Source: Halobacteriota archaeon (GTDB lineage: Archaea > Halobacteriota > Bog-38 > Methanoflorentales > Methanoflorentaceae). Taken from it: a DNA stretch of 64,000 bases. Under the pieces are notes generated by a model. That model searched no databases, was not told where the DNA came from, and saw nothing but the letters and a program-made list of their open reading frames with translations. Positions 8,819 to 17,703 of the stretch are shown one piece after another. The translations under genes were made by a program, and so were the position numbers. Numbering within the stretch: position 1 is the stretch's first letter; each line of letters opens with the position of its first letter. The stretch covers positions 8,316 to 72,315 of the forward strand of contig JBEKER010000004.1 in NCBI GenBank assembly GCA_050013755.1, in the 5' to 3' direction.

Positions 8819-10426
8819 TCAGAGTCCGTAGCCGCCATCGTATCCTCCTACACCCATTTCTGGGACGTCAAGGCCGTCTACTTCGGTCTGCGATCCGACC
8901 CTCAGTCCGACAACTTTGTCTATGAACGTGAAGATCGCAAGTGAGATCGCCGCTGTGTAAACGAAGCATGTCGCCACTCCGATGCACTGTGCAGCGAGCT
9001 GACTGGGATTTCCGTAGAGAAGACCGGTTACCGCGCCGGAAACGCCGTTCCAGCCCGCGCCGTACGTGCCATCTGCGAGGAGTCCTAGGCTGAGACATCC
9101 CCACGCACCGCACACGCCGTGTACGGCCACCGCTCCGACCGGGTCATCAACTTTTAGCCTTTTGTCAATGAAAAGCGCGGCTTCGACCACGAGAATGCCA
9201 GCGACTGATCCAATGAGGACAGCGCTTTGTGAGTTAACGAACGCACAAGGGCCGGTTATCGCAACGAGCCCGGCAAGTAACCCGTTGCACATAAAGCTGA
9301 CATCAGGCTTGTTGCTGCGGACCCGCCACATCCAGAACGTTGCCGCCGTCATGCCAGCAACCGACGCCAGCATCGTGTTAACGGCGACGACACTAATACG
9401 GAGATCGGTTCCTGCGAGCGTCGAGCCCGGATTAAACCCGAACCATCCGAATGCGAGGATGAGCGATCCGAGCACGGCCATAGGGATGCTGTGCGGTGGA
9501 ATGGCGCGGACCTTCCCGTTGACGTACTTGCCGATTCGAGGGCCGAGCATCCACGCGCCGACAAAGCCGATCGTACCACCTACCATGTGTACGACCGTCG
9601 AACCCGCAAAGTCTACGTACCCGTTGCCCAAGCCAAAGTTCGTGCCGAGTTGCGAAAGCCATCCACCGCCCCAAACCCAGTTGCCAAAGAGCGGGTAAAT
9701 GATCGTCCCGATGAAAAGACCGTAGATGCAAAATGCCACGAATTTCCATCGTTCAGCCATAGCCCCCGTCGGAATCGTGGCAGCGGTATCCATGAAGACG
9801 ACTTCGAAGAGGAACAGTGCAAACACGCCGACGTCATAAGCACCGGTCAGGGCAAAACCGTGAGTGCCGAACAGTCCGAACGGATGTCCCAGTATACTGA
9901 CTGCCACCTCGCTGTTAAGTCCGGTAAACCCGCCCAAGGTGGGAAGCGTCGCCAATCCGCCGAACATGAGGGCGAATCCGCAGAAATACCACCCGAGCAC
10001 GCCAAGCGCGTAGATCAATATGTTCATGCCCATCGTGTGAGCCACGTTCTTTGAGCGCGTGAAGCCGGTTTCAACGAGCGCAAACCCCGCCTGCATAAAG
10101 AAAACGAGGAAGCCGGCCATGAGCGTCCACACGAAGTTGATGGCCGTTGTATTATGGCCGACAGCATTGGCAAGCTCAGATAACGTCGGTTGGCCAGTTA
10201 CGTTAGCCGGGACGTTGGCCGAGCCAATGCTGCTGCCCGTTGCGTCGGGCTGACTTCTGTCAGGCAACGACTGCGTAGCGGCAATTGGCGTTGAGGCGTT
10301 CAGCGCTGAGTTTGTAGGCTGTTGGGCATTTCCTGTGATGTACCCCGATTTTGCCATCATCAAACTCACGAATACGAGTATCAAAAGGCAATTTATTATC
10401 AATTTTTTACTTGGTTTCCACGTCAT
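8819..10426 (-). CDS. amt: ammonium transporter Amt with signal-peptide-like N-terminus and ~80-aa low-complexity linker
   Basis: Amt signatures FVWTLMAGFLVFFMQAGFALVETG, DFAGSTVVHMVGG, AVHGVCGAWG; start chosen at MTWKPSKK (ATG 10426), ORF extends to 10498. Confidence 0.9.
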   Translation of the reverse strand: MTWKPSKKLIINCLLILVFVSLMMAKSGYITGNAQQPTNSALNASTPIAATQSLPDRSQPDATGSSIGSANVPANVTGQPTLSELANAVGHNTTAINFVWTLMAGFLVFFMQAGFALVETGFTRSKNVAHTMGMNILIYALGVLGWYFCGFALMFGGLATLPTLGGFTGLNSEVAVSILGHPFGLFGTHGFALTGAYDVGVFALFLFEVVFMDTAATIPTGAMAERWKFVAFCIYGLFIGTIIYPLFGNWVWGGGWLSQLGTNFGLGNGYVDFAGSTVVHMVGGTIGFVGAWMLGPRIGKYVNGKVRAIPPHSIPMAVLGSLILAFGWFGFNPGSTLAGTDLRISVVAVNTMLASVAGMTAATFWMWRVRSNKPDVSFMCNGLLAGLVAITGPCAFVNSQSAVLIGSVAGILVVEAALFIDKRLKVDDPVGAVAVHGVCGAWGCLSLGLLADGTYGAGWNGVSGAVTGLLYGNPSQLAAQCIGVATCFVYTAAISLAIFTFIDKVVGLRVGSQTEVDGLDVPEMGVGGYDGGYGL

Positions 10427-10543
10427 TTTGAAACCTCGCTTTGCCGGAAATGTGGGCCAGTTTTTGGCCTGTTTGACGTAAACGAGCGGGGAGCGCACAT
10501 GGAGGATCGAGGCGCTCTCGTTGGCGCAGTTCCGCGTCTGCGC

Positions 10544-10598
10544 TTGTTAGTAGGAAGTTATATGTAGAGGAAGTAGGTTTCCGGCTTCCTACTAACAA
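10544..10598. promoter_or_regulatory. NrpR-type operator candidate (GGAA-N6-TTCC) nested in a perfect 14-bp inverted repeat upstream of amt-glnK
   Basis: GGAAGTAGGTTTCC at 10569-10582; outer arms TTGTTAGTAGGAAG (10544-10557) and CTTCCTACTAACAA (10585-10598); TATA-like ACATATAA on the amt strand between them. Confidence 0.45.
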
Positions 10599-10817
10599 AA
10601 TGCGTAAAGCGATTATCATATTTAAAATTTTCGTGAAGCAAGCAAAATGAAATCAAACAATATTGCAAGTCAGTCGCGACGTAACGAAACTACCATCGCG
10701 TGTTCATACTAGTCGGCCTATCTTAGTGACAGATGGAGAAACAGTAACTAGCGATCACTACTTATTGTTCCACTTCAAAGTGTTCCACACCAATCCAAGG
10801 CCGGAGGAGACTAGTCG

Positions 10818-11399
10818 TTGAAGCCTAACGAAATCGATATGCGCGGGAAGATCGCTGTCGCCCTGGGTCTCGTGGAGGAATGCAAGGAGTTTGCAGCCTT
10901 GATTCCCGAGGTCAGGACCAACCTCGTGTACGCTCGACCCAATTCTAGAAGCAGAGATGATGTTCTAGGAATAGACGGGCGCATAACCGTCGTGAACGGC
11001 TTACCTCACGCAGCAGGCAAGCCCAGATTCGGCGCGTCGAGCCACATGGCCCGACTAATGGTAGAGCTGGGCAAAGCCGATTCGGCGTTTAGGGCAGGCG
11101 TGAACTTCGCCAACAATCCATCTCTGACGAAATGGCTCAAGGAGTATTGCAAAGCAAAAGGGTGGGTTTTCAGCGTGATCGACCGCAGTAACGAACCGGA
11201 AGAAATCAAGGAAGCGGAAGGCGCATCGATGCCTTGGAAAGTTCAGCAAGCGATAGATGCCGCCGGTGGCCGCGTCCCCAAGATCTTCTACGAAACGGGT
11301 GCCATCGGTAAAGAGCCCGTGTCGGTGCTTGTCGGGCGGGATCCTATAGAAGTAGCAGAGCAGATCTGTGAAATCGCGAGACGCTACCATGAGCGATAA
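10818..11399 (+). CDS. thiN: stand-alone ThiN-type thiamine-phosphate synthase domain protein
   Basis: Resembles the C-terminal ThiN domain of archaeal ThiDN (RTNLVYA..., GKPRFGASSHMARL, FYETGAIGKEP); TTG start at 10818 or ATG at 10839. Confidence 0.65.
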   Translation: MKPNEIDMRGKIAVALGLVEECKEFAALIPEVRTNLVYARPNSRSRDDVLGIDGRITVVNGLPHAAGKPRFGASSHMARLMVELGKADSAFRAGVNFANNPSLTKWLKEYCKAKGWVFSVIDRSNEPEEIKEAEGASMPWKVQQAIDAAGGRVPKIFYETGAIGKEPVSVLVGRDPIEVAEQICEIARRYHER

Positions 11400-12420
11400 G
11401 ATCGGAAAGATAGACCTCGAAGCCTTCACCTCTTTTCTGCTCCCGCGGCTCGGAAACAAGGATACATCGGTAATCGTGCCGCCGAGAACGGGTATCGATG
11501 CCGCAGTTATCGACATCGGCAACGACAGGGTGCTCATAATAGCGGAGGACCCGATCTTCGCTATCCCGCACCAGCCCCTGGAGATGTTTGGATGGTATAC
11601 CGTGCACATAGGCGCGAGCGACGTGGCGGTCATGGGCGTCAAGCCCAGATACATGACATATTCACTCTTGATGCCTCCCGAGACGAACGAAGAGGACTTC
11701 CACACCATCGTAGACGCCATCCACAGGGCTGCGGTGGAGCTTGGGATAGCGATCGTCGGTGGGCATACGGGGTACTATCCAGGGTTTGTATCACCCACCA
11801 TAGGCGGAGTCACCGTCTTTGCCATCGCAGACAACCACGGTTATGTTACGCCAGCCGGCGCGAAGGCGGGCGACGACGTGATTCTGACCAAAGGGCCGGC
11901 GATAGAGACAGCGGGAATCCTCTCGGTGATCAGGGAACCGGAGCTCTTAGAGAAATATCCGTCGCCTCTGGTCGAGAAAGCTAAGGCCCTCTGCATGCAA
12001 ATGACCGTGGTAAAAGACGCCTTGTTAGCTATGGAATCCGGGGGCGTAACTGCCATGCACGACGCGACTGAGGGCGGCGTTATCGGCGGGCTCTTCGAGA
12101 TAGCCAGCGCTAGCGGAACGGGGATGGAGATACATGAGGAGGCGTTTGTCTATCCAGAAGAGGTAAGGATGGTCTGTGAGGCATTTGGCATTGATCCCTT
12201 GGCAGCGATCGCCGAGGGCTCGCTCCTGATCACGGCAAGGCCGGACCATTCAAAGGCCATTCTCCACAAACTAAGTGCCAGCGGCATCGAGGCATCCGTT
12301 ATAGGAAAGGTGACGGATGATCCGAGAACAAAAACAATCAAGCGGCGCGACGGGACGCTCGTTCCCCTGGCAATCCCAACCCAAGATCCTTTCTGGCCAG
12401 TGTTTTTTGGCGCGTTGTGA
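11389..12420 (+). CDS. PurM/HypE/ThiL-superfamily AIR-synthase-related ATPase
   Basis: TGIDAAVIDIG...IIAEDPIF..., VHIGASDVAVMGVKP, VGGHTGYYPG, MHDATEGGV; ATG at 11389 overlaps the thiN stop by 11 nt. Confidence 0.7.
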   Translation: MSDKIGKIDLEAFTSFLLPRLGNKDTSVIVPPRTGIDAAVIDIGNDRVLIIAEDPIFAIPHQPLEMFGWYTVHIGASDVAVMGVKPRYMTYSLLMPPETNEEDFHTIVDAIHRAAVELGIAIVGGHTGYYPGFVSPTIGGVTVFAIADNHGYVTPAGAKAGDDVILTKGPAIETAGILSVIREPELLEKYPSPLVEKAKALCMQMTVVKDALLAMESGGVTAMHDATEGGVIGGLFEIASASGTGMEIHEEAFVYPEEVRMVCEAFGIDPLAAIAEGSLLITARPDHSKAILHKLSASGIEASVIGKVTDDPRTKTIKRRDGTLVPLAIPTQDPFWPVFFGAL

Positions 12421-13266
12421 CAGCTCATTTGGAGCCATGGCTGCATAACCGCTGACATGTTGTCGCCTAAAGTACAAACGAGCAGCCAAAGGGCGGCAGT
12501 TTGCAATCCACGCGCACAAAGCCCCGTTTGCACGCGCTCAGGCTGCGGGCAGAGTGAAGCATTTGAATGTGTTGGGAAAACTCGCGGAGGCGCAGTCTTG
12601 TAGAAAAGACGGCCGCAGAGTCATAATTACGCACCGGCAAGAAGGGTTGCAAATTCGGGGTTACAAATTTGGCGTTAAATGGACCCAGGGGAGGTGTCCA
12701 GCAAAAGGCTAAGTACAACCCTTCGTACACGAACCAGTGCGAACCCCACCAAGAATGTGTTTGAGGCGGATTGGGGGGTTGCCTATTTGCGACCATTTTC
12801 CATAAAAGCTGGGTAAGCGGTAATACTTGTCTTCATACGCGCGATGCACGTGTCTCTACTGAGAAAGCCTCGTCTCACTCATCTGTGAGCGTGTCAACAG
12901 CAATTCTTGCCATCATCTCAAACCATATCTGCGATTCTGACGATGTTCTAACTACCCGCTGGAGGGGTGCTGCCGATGAAGCGGTGCACGGGAAGAAGAA
13001 GTGCGTGACCGAGGTCGGATGTGATGAATACAGGACCAGCCTGTGTGAGTCGTTTTCGATGTGCGACCACGTGGCGTTCAAAGTATGGAACACGAAGACA
13101 AAGCGTTGGGAGCTGTAACAGCGACGTGTGGTGCGACGAAAACGGCACGTGGCGGCTCAGGCGATGTTTGGCAGAAGCGCAGACTTTCGCAGACTGCACG
13201 ACTCGGAAACTCGCGACATGCAGACGTGTAGGCGACATCTTGCTTGTTGACTAGGTCAACGACGCA

Positions 13267-14082
13267 TCAGTAGACGAGGAGTAACCCGTATGAGTTTAAG
13301 TTCGTGTGGGTGATCATTCCGTAGACATTCCCCTCGCATGGAATTACCTCTATTGGCAAGTCAAGCTTCCTTACCGTGGCAAACACGTCGACCCCGACTG
13401 CTTCCATTGAGGTTCGAACCCTCTCGGCGTGCCTGCAAGCCCTCTTCAGCGAGAGGTCCACGACGCCCTCTGACTGCTCAGCTACGCACTCGTCGCAGTA
13501 AACACACGGGTACGCCGCAAAGGCTAGGGCTTTGTAATAACCTTGATAGAACGCGTGTTGCTCGAGTTCGTACACCGTGTCGCCGATCCAACTTATCAGC
13601 CCTTTGAGAAACGGATGCCAATCTTCAGGTATACTCTTAGGGTCGATATCTCCCATTCCGGGTATTCCCTTGAAGTGCACGATATACGCTTTTGAATACT
13701 CTTTGAGAAGGTCTCTCGTCTCGGAAGGGCTTGGGACGTATGGGGGACAGCCGAGGTGCTTTGCGAAGCCCTTGCAACCAAACTTACAGCGCCATCTTAC
13801 CCATTCGCTCACCACAATTTCACGCGGGTCAATCTCATAAATTTGAGCGTTGTTTTTCTTAGCTAACGCCTTAAGCTCATTTTCTAACGTTTTATCGTCC
13901 ATATGTATCCCTTTGAAGCTTGTCAAAGAAATTTCGCGATCGTGAGGCCCCACGGTCATACTTTTGATAATATGCGCGCAATCCTTCATTCTCTTTGCTA
14001 TTTCCTCAAATCGTTCCTTTTTGCTATGGTTCTGAGCGATGCGTGAGGTATCTGCCGTGATTGCGATAAGCTGTTCAGACAT
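13267..14082 (-). CDS. DUF2284-like metal-binding protein
   Basis: EWVRWRCKFGCKGFAKHLGCPPYVP matches my recollection of the DUF2284 C..GC......CPP core, plus a CVYCDEC cluster; start uncertain (14082, or 13902 at MDDKTL). Confidence 0.6.
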   Translation of the reverse strand: MSEQLIAITADTSRIAQNHSKKERFEEIAKRMKDCAHIIKSMTVGPHDREISLTSFKGIHMDDKTLENELKALAKKNNAQIYEIDPREIVVSEWVRWRCKFGCKGFAKHLGCPPYVPSPSETRDLLKEYSKAYIVHFKGIPGMGDIDPKSIPEDWHPFLKGLISWIGDTVYELEQHAFYQGYYKALAFAAYPCVYCDECVAEQSEGVVDLSLKRACRHAERVRTSMEAVGVDVFATVRKLDLPIEVIPCEGNVYGMITHTNLNSYGLLLVY

Positions 14083-14270
14083 GGAGCGTTCAAAAAGAAC
14101 CGTCGGCGAATGCAAATTTCAACCGCGCTTGAGAAGATCTTTTATTCTTTGTTCGCCGCCGGCGATTTCCAGTTTTCGGAGGGCCCGCGCCAGTGTATCC
14201 TTGCCAGCAACGTCTGCGGCGTATTGATCGGCCGAATGCTCGTCGTTATACGGGACAAAAGTCAGAGAGC

Positions 14271-14504
14271 TTAACCCGCTAGAGACGATACCAGCTTGCT
14301 CGGGCTGTGCTTGACGTGGTATGCTTCGTGAGCTACCACAGCTGTTACCTCATCTTTATCGAGCCGTTCCAGGAGCCCGACGGACAGATAGGCGGCGCGC
14401 CGATGGGCAAATGCCCGTATTATTTGCGTGTCGATCACCCGTATGGGTATGCCAAACTGCGCCTCGAGCGTTGCGACGTACGACGAAATGCCTGCGTGTT
14501 TCAT
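14271..14504 (-). pseudogene. fragment of an M48/HtpX-type zinc metallopeptidase
   Basis: 77 aa containing ...AFAHRRAAYLSVGLLERLDKDEVTAVVAHEAYHVKH (HExxH) and then a stop; lacks the membrane N-terminus and the C-terminal half. Confidence 0.55.
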
Positions 14505-14606
14505 CTGGCCTGTGCGCGTGAGGCAGTATCGAACGAGGCTGAGCGTGGGTCCATCCTACAAAATAGCCACATGCGAGAGATGGATGGGGAAAGGAATCAT
14601 GAATAG

Positions 14607-15030
14607 TCAATGGGGCCTTCGACTTTGAGGTGACCTGGGACTCGTCCTAGGGCAAAGGTCGGCCCGGATGGCATATCGAGGACACGGCCATCATCGAGAA
14701 CTGCTTCGGAGCGCAATATGATATCCACGGCGGAGCTATGGATCTGCTTCCCTCACCACGAGGCGGAGATCGCCCGGATGGAGGCTGCCTCAGGAAAGAA
14801 GCCGCTGGTGAGATACTGGATGCACACCGGCTTTCTCAATGTCATGAGCGAGAAGATGGCCAAGTCTCTCGGAAACTTCACAACTGTCAGGGATATGCTG
14901 CGAGAATATGAGGCTAACGCCTTCCGATTCTTCGTTCTTCTGGCGCACTACAGAAGTCCCATCGACTTCTCAGAAAGGCTTTAGAGCAAGCTCGCAAGAG
15001 TCTGGAGCGGACACGTCAGGCCGCGAAGAT
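14607..15030 (+). pseudogene. cysS: decayed internal fragment of class-I cysteinyl-tRNA synthetase
   Basis: Reads [42 protein letters not shown], then a frameshift, FPHHEAEIA...[22 protein letters not shown]...[10 protein letters not shown], then a second frameshift, [12 protein letters not shown]-terminal ~200 aa and the C-terminus are absent. Confidence 0.75.
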
Positions 15031-15296
15031 TATCGAGGAGCAATCTCCCGAGCGATATCATCAGAGAACGTGCGGCTCATTGCAGCGTGATATTGTTCGA
15101 TCAGCGGATCGAAATACTCCGGCTTCTGCCGGTCTTTGAAATCAGATTCGTCGAGCGTCGGCTTGAAGTGCATTGCGTATAGGTCCGAGACCTGTACGGT
15201 GTGCCCCGCTTCAGTGAGTGTATCGACAGCTACAGTCCGCATCGTCGCATTAAACGAGTGCGGATTCGGATGTGCGTAGACGATTAGCACATTCAT
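15030..15296 (-). pseudogene. N-terminal fragment of a flavodoxin-fold NAD(P)H:quinone oxidoreductase (NQO1/MdaB-like)
   Basis: MNVLIVYAHPNPHSFNATM...SDLYAMHFKP... is a typical start, but the ORF ends after 88 aa where it abuts the cysS fragment. Confidence 0.55.
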
Positions 15297-15598
15297 CTAT
15301 TATCAACCCCCAGATAACCAGCGTAAGCAAGCGCGACTTAATCGCGCTTTAGTCTTGCATTCAACACATTTGCCATATCTTTACAGGTTTTTGCCAACAC
15401 TCGATTTTTTTTGTCGGAACGAGTCGAGGTCGTGACTGCTGGAGCTTTTTGAGGTTAAGCATTAGGTGTATTATTCGCAGCGCGGGGGCGGTTAGAACGT
15501 GCCAAAATTGTCGCAACAAGCACACTCAAGAGGCTCCACGTCCCATATAGTAATGTCGCACAATGCTATGTTGTCAGAGAAACGAACGGATCTTTCTC

Positions 15599-15715
15599 CT
15601 AGAATCCTCCCAGCAGACAGCAGTAACTACCTGAACCTGCGCATGCTGAGGCTGCATTCCAGCAGCAGCTGTAGCCTCTCGTGCACGTCAGGCAACAACG
15701 TTGTGCATTAGCCAT
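15599..15715 (-). CDS. candidate 38-aa cysteine-rich peptide (unverified small ORF)
   Basis: ATG 15715 to TAG 15599 gives MANAQRCCLTCTRGYSCCWNAASACAGSGSYCCLLGGF (8 Cys, three CC pairs). Divergent from tusA across an AT-rich box (GAAAATATTCC/GGAATATTTTC). No clear SD; below the ORF-track cutoff. Confidence 0.25.
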   Translation of the reverse strand: MANAQRCCLTCTRGYSCCWNAASACAGSGSYCCLLGGF

Positions 15716-15808
15716 TGCGTTTACAAAAGAGATTACCACGATTTCAATGTGGAAGGAATATTTTCTAGTAATACAACGCCCCTAGTAAGTTTCTGGAGAT
15801 GGATGATC

Positions 15809-16048
15809 ATGGCGGATCAGCTACCCGCAAAAAGTCTCGATATGGTTGGATTATACTGTCCTGTCCCGCTGTTTAAAACACGGGAGGGCATCGATAGTAT
15901 CAAAGTTGGTGAAGTGCTTGAGGTGATCGCAGACGATCCAGCTGCAGAGGAAGATATCACGCGGTTTGTGAAGCGGACCGGTCATGAACTGGTGAAATTC
16001 GAGAACAATGAAGGAGTTTTGCGTTTCTTAATCAGGAAAAAAAAGTAG
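15809..16048 (+). CDS. tusA: TusA/SirA-family sulfur carrier
   Basis: LDMVGLYCPVPLFKTREGI (CPxP persulfide cysteine), ~79 aa; SD GGAGA 9 nt upstream of the ATG at 15809. Confidence 0.8.
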   Translation: MADQLPAKSLDMVGLYCPVPLFKTREGIDSIKVGEVLEVIADDPAAEEDITRFVKRTGHELVKFENNEGVLRFLIRKKK

Positions 16049-16061
16049 AGGTGAGATGATT

Positions 16062-16424
16062 ATGACAAATGAAAAGATGTTGCTATACGTGCAGACAAGC
16101 GACAATCCAGAGCGCCAGTATTCCCCACTTGTGCTTGCACAAACGGCGAAGGCAATGGAATTGGAACCTGTGATTTACTTTCTAGGACAAGGATTGCGCA
16201 TTTTACTACCAGGAGCGGCTGAAAAAATAAAGTTGGGGTCATTCCCAAGTGTAAAAGAGATGCTCGATCAGACACTGCAAATGGGCATCACAGTGTACGT
16301 ATGTGAGGCATCGAAGCAGATGCTTGGCTGGGACAAGGTCGAGCTCATCGAGGGTCTAAAAATCGTGGGTGCGGGAACATTAAATGATTTGGTTCTCGAA
16401 GCAAAAGGCACCCTGTGGTTTTAA
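16062..16424 (+). CDS. DsrE/DsrF-like (DrsE_2 type) sulfur-relay protein
   Basis: ~120 aa Rossmann-like pattern LLYVQTS..., conserved Cys in VYVCEAS, C-terminal GAGTLNDLVLEAKGTLWF; SD GAGGTGA 7 nt before the ATG at 16062. Confidence 0.7.
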   Translation: MTNEKMLLYVQTSDNPERQYSPLVLAQTAKAMELEPVIYFLGQGLRILLPGAAEKIKLGSFPSVKEMLDQTLQMGITVYVCEASKQMLGWDKVELIEGLKIVGAGTLNDLVLEAKGTLWF

Positions 16425-16536
16425 AGTGTACTAATTTTTTTTCTTTATTTTCTGGCGGTGTTTATCGTAGGAAAAGAATAAAATGCACTACTGTACTATT
16501 TTTTCTAGGAGGTGATTTCTCGTAGCAAAAGAAATC

Positions 16537-17703
16537 GTGTACCTCGACTATCAATCTGCTAAGCCGGTTGATCCTGAAGTCATTGCCGCAATGACTCCAT
16601 ATATGGTCGAAAAGTTTGGAAATGCGTCGTCGTTGCACGAGGTGGGTGATTGGTCTACTGAAGCTCTTGATTCGTCACGTAGGATGATCGCACATTTTGT
16701 GAATGCTCGCGAACCAGAGGAAATCATCTTCACGTCTGGTGCGACTGAAGCGAACAACGTTGCGATTATCGGGTATGCGCTGCGGAACAAGCAGAAGGGT
16801 AAACATGTGATTATTAGCGAGGTTGAACACATTTCAATACTCAACATCGCCAAATATCTCAGAAAGAATGGTTTCGAGGTATCGACTGTCCCCGTTGATT
16901 ATACGGGCACCGTGCGTCTCGACAAACTCGAAGAGCGTATTAGACCCGATACGATCTTAATCTCAATCCAGCACGCCAATAACGAGATAGGAACGATTCA
17001 GCCAGTTATGTCGATTGGAAACATCGCCCGTGAAAACAATCTCGTGTTCCATGTCGATGCAGTCGCTTCAGAAGGTCAGATACCAATCGATGTGCAGCGG
17101 GACTTCATAGATATGCTCACCTTATCGTCAAATGACATTTACGGCCCACGGGGTGTTGGTGCCCTCTACGTACGGAAAGGATTTCTTCTCAATCCGCTGA
17201 TCATCGGTGGGGGTCAAGAGCGCGGATTACGTTCAGGAACTGAGGATGTGGCTGCCATTGTCGGTTTCGCGAAGGCAGCAGAACTGGCTTTACAGTATAT
17301 GCCCGAGGAAAGCAAACGGTTGCGGCAGCTGAGAGATAAAGCCATCAAAACGGTATTAGAAACCGTACCACGATCGTATCTCAATGGACATCCGACAAAC
17401 CGACTTCCGAACAACGCCCATTTCCGGTTCGATTTTATCGAAGGAGAATCGATATTACTCTCTTTTAAAGAACGGGGCATCGCCGTTTCAACGGGGTCCG
17501 CGTGTTCGTCACAGACACTCGAGCCGAGTCACACCTTGATGTCACTGGGATTGTTGCACGAGGAGGCACACGGGTCGTTGGAAATCACGATGGGACGATT
17601 CACGAGAGAAGCAGACGTCGACACATTCGTTGAAGCGCTGCCGGGTATCGTGAAACGACTCCGTGACATGTCGCCACTTACAAAGACAGAGGTGGGTATG
17701 TAA
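16537..17703 (+). CDS. iscS: IscS/MisS-like class-I cysteine desulfurase homolog lacking the PLP-binding lysine
   Basis: Full-length NifS/IscS fold (TSGATEANN, HANNEIG, HVDAV, STGSACSS), but the canonical SxHK reads LSSNDIYGPRG (H to N, K to D); GTG start; TAATG overlap with iscU. Confidence 0.85.
   Translation: MYLDYQSAKPVDPEVIAAMTPYMVEKFGNASSLHEVGDWSTEALDSSRRMIAHFVNAREPEEIIFTSGATEANNVAIIGYALRNKQKGKHVIISEVEHISILNIAKYLRKNGFEVSTVPVDYTGTVRLDKLEERIRPDTILISIQHANNEIGTIQPVMSIGNIARENNLVFHVDAVASEGQIPIDVQRDFIDMLTLSSNDIYGPRGVGALYVRKGFLLNPLIIGGGQERGLRSGTEDVAAIVGFAKAAELALQYMPEESKRLRQLRDKAIKTVLETVPRSYLNGHPTNRLPNNAHFRFDFIEGESILLSFKERGIAVSTGSACSSQTLEPSHTLMSLGLLHEEAHGSLEITMGRFTREADVDTFVEALPGIVKRLRDMSPLTKTEVGM

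Noticed and set aside
14607-15030. In-frame TAG codons in the cysS fragment as possible pyrrolysine or readthrough codons
   Set aside because: The fragment also has two frameshifts and lacks both termini. TAG is used as an ordinary stop by nearby intact genes (for example fdhD at 626-628 and the phosphoesterase at 1587-1589).
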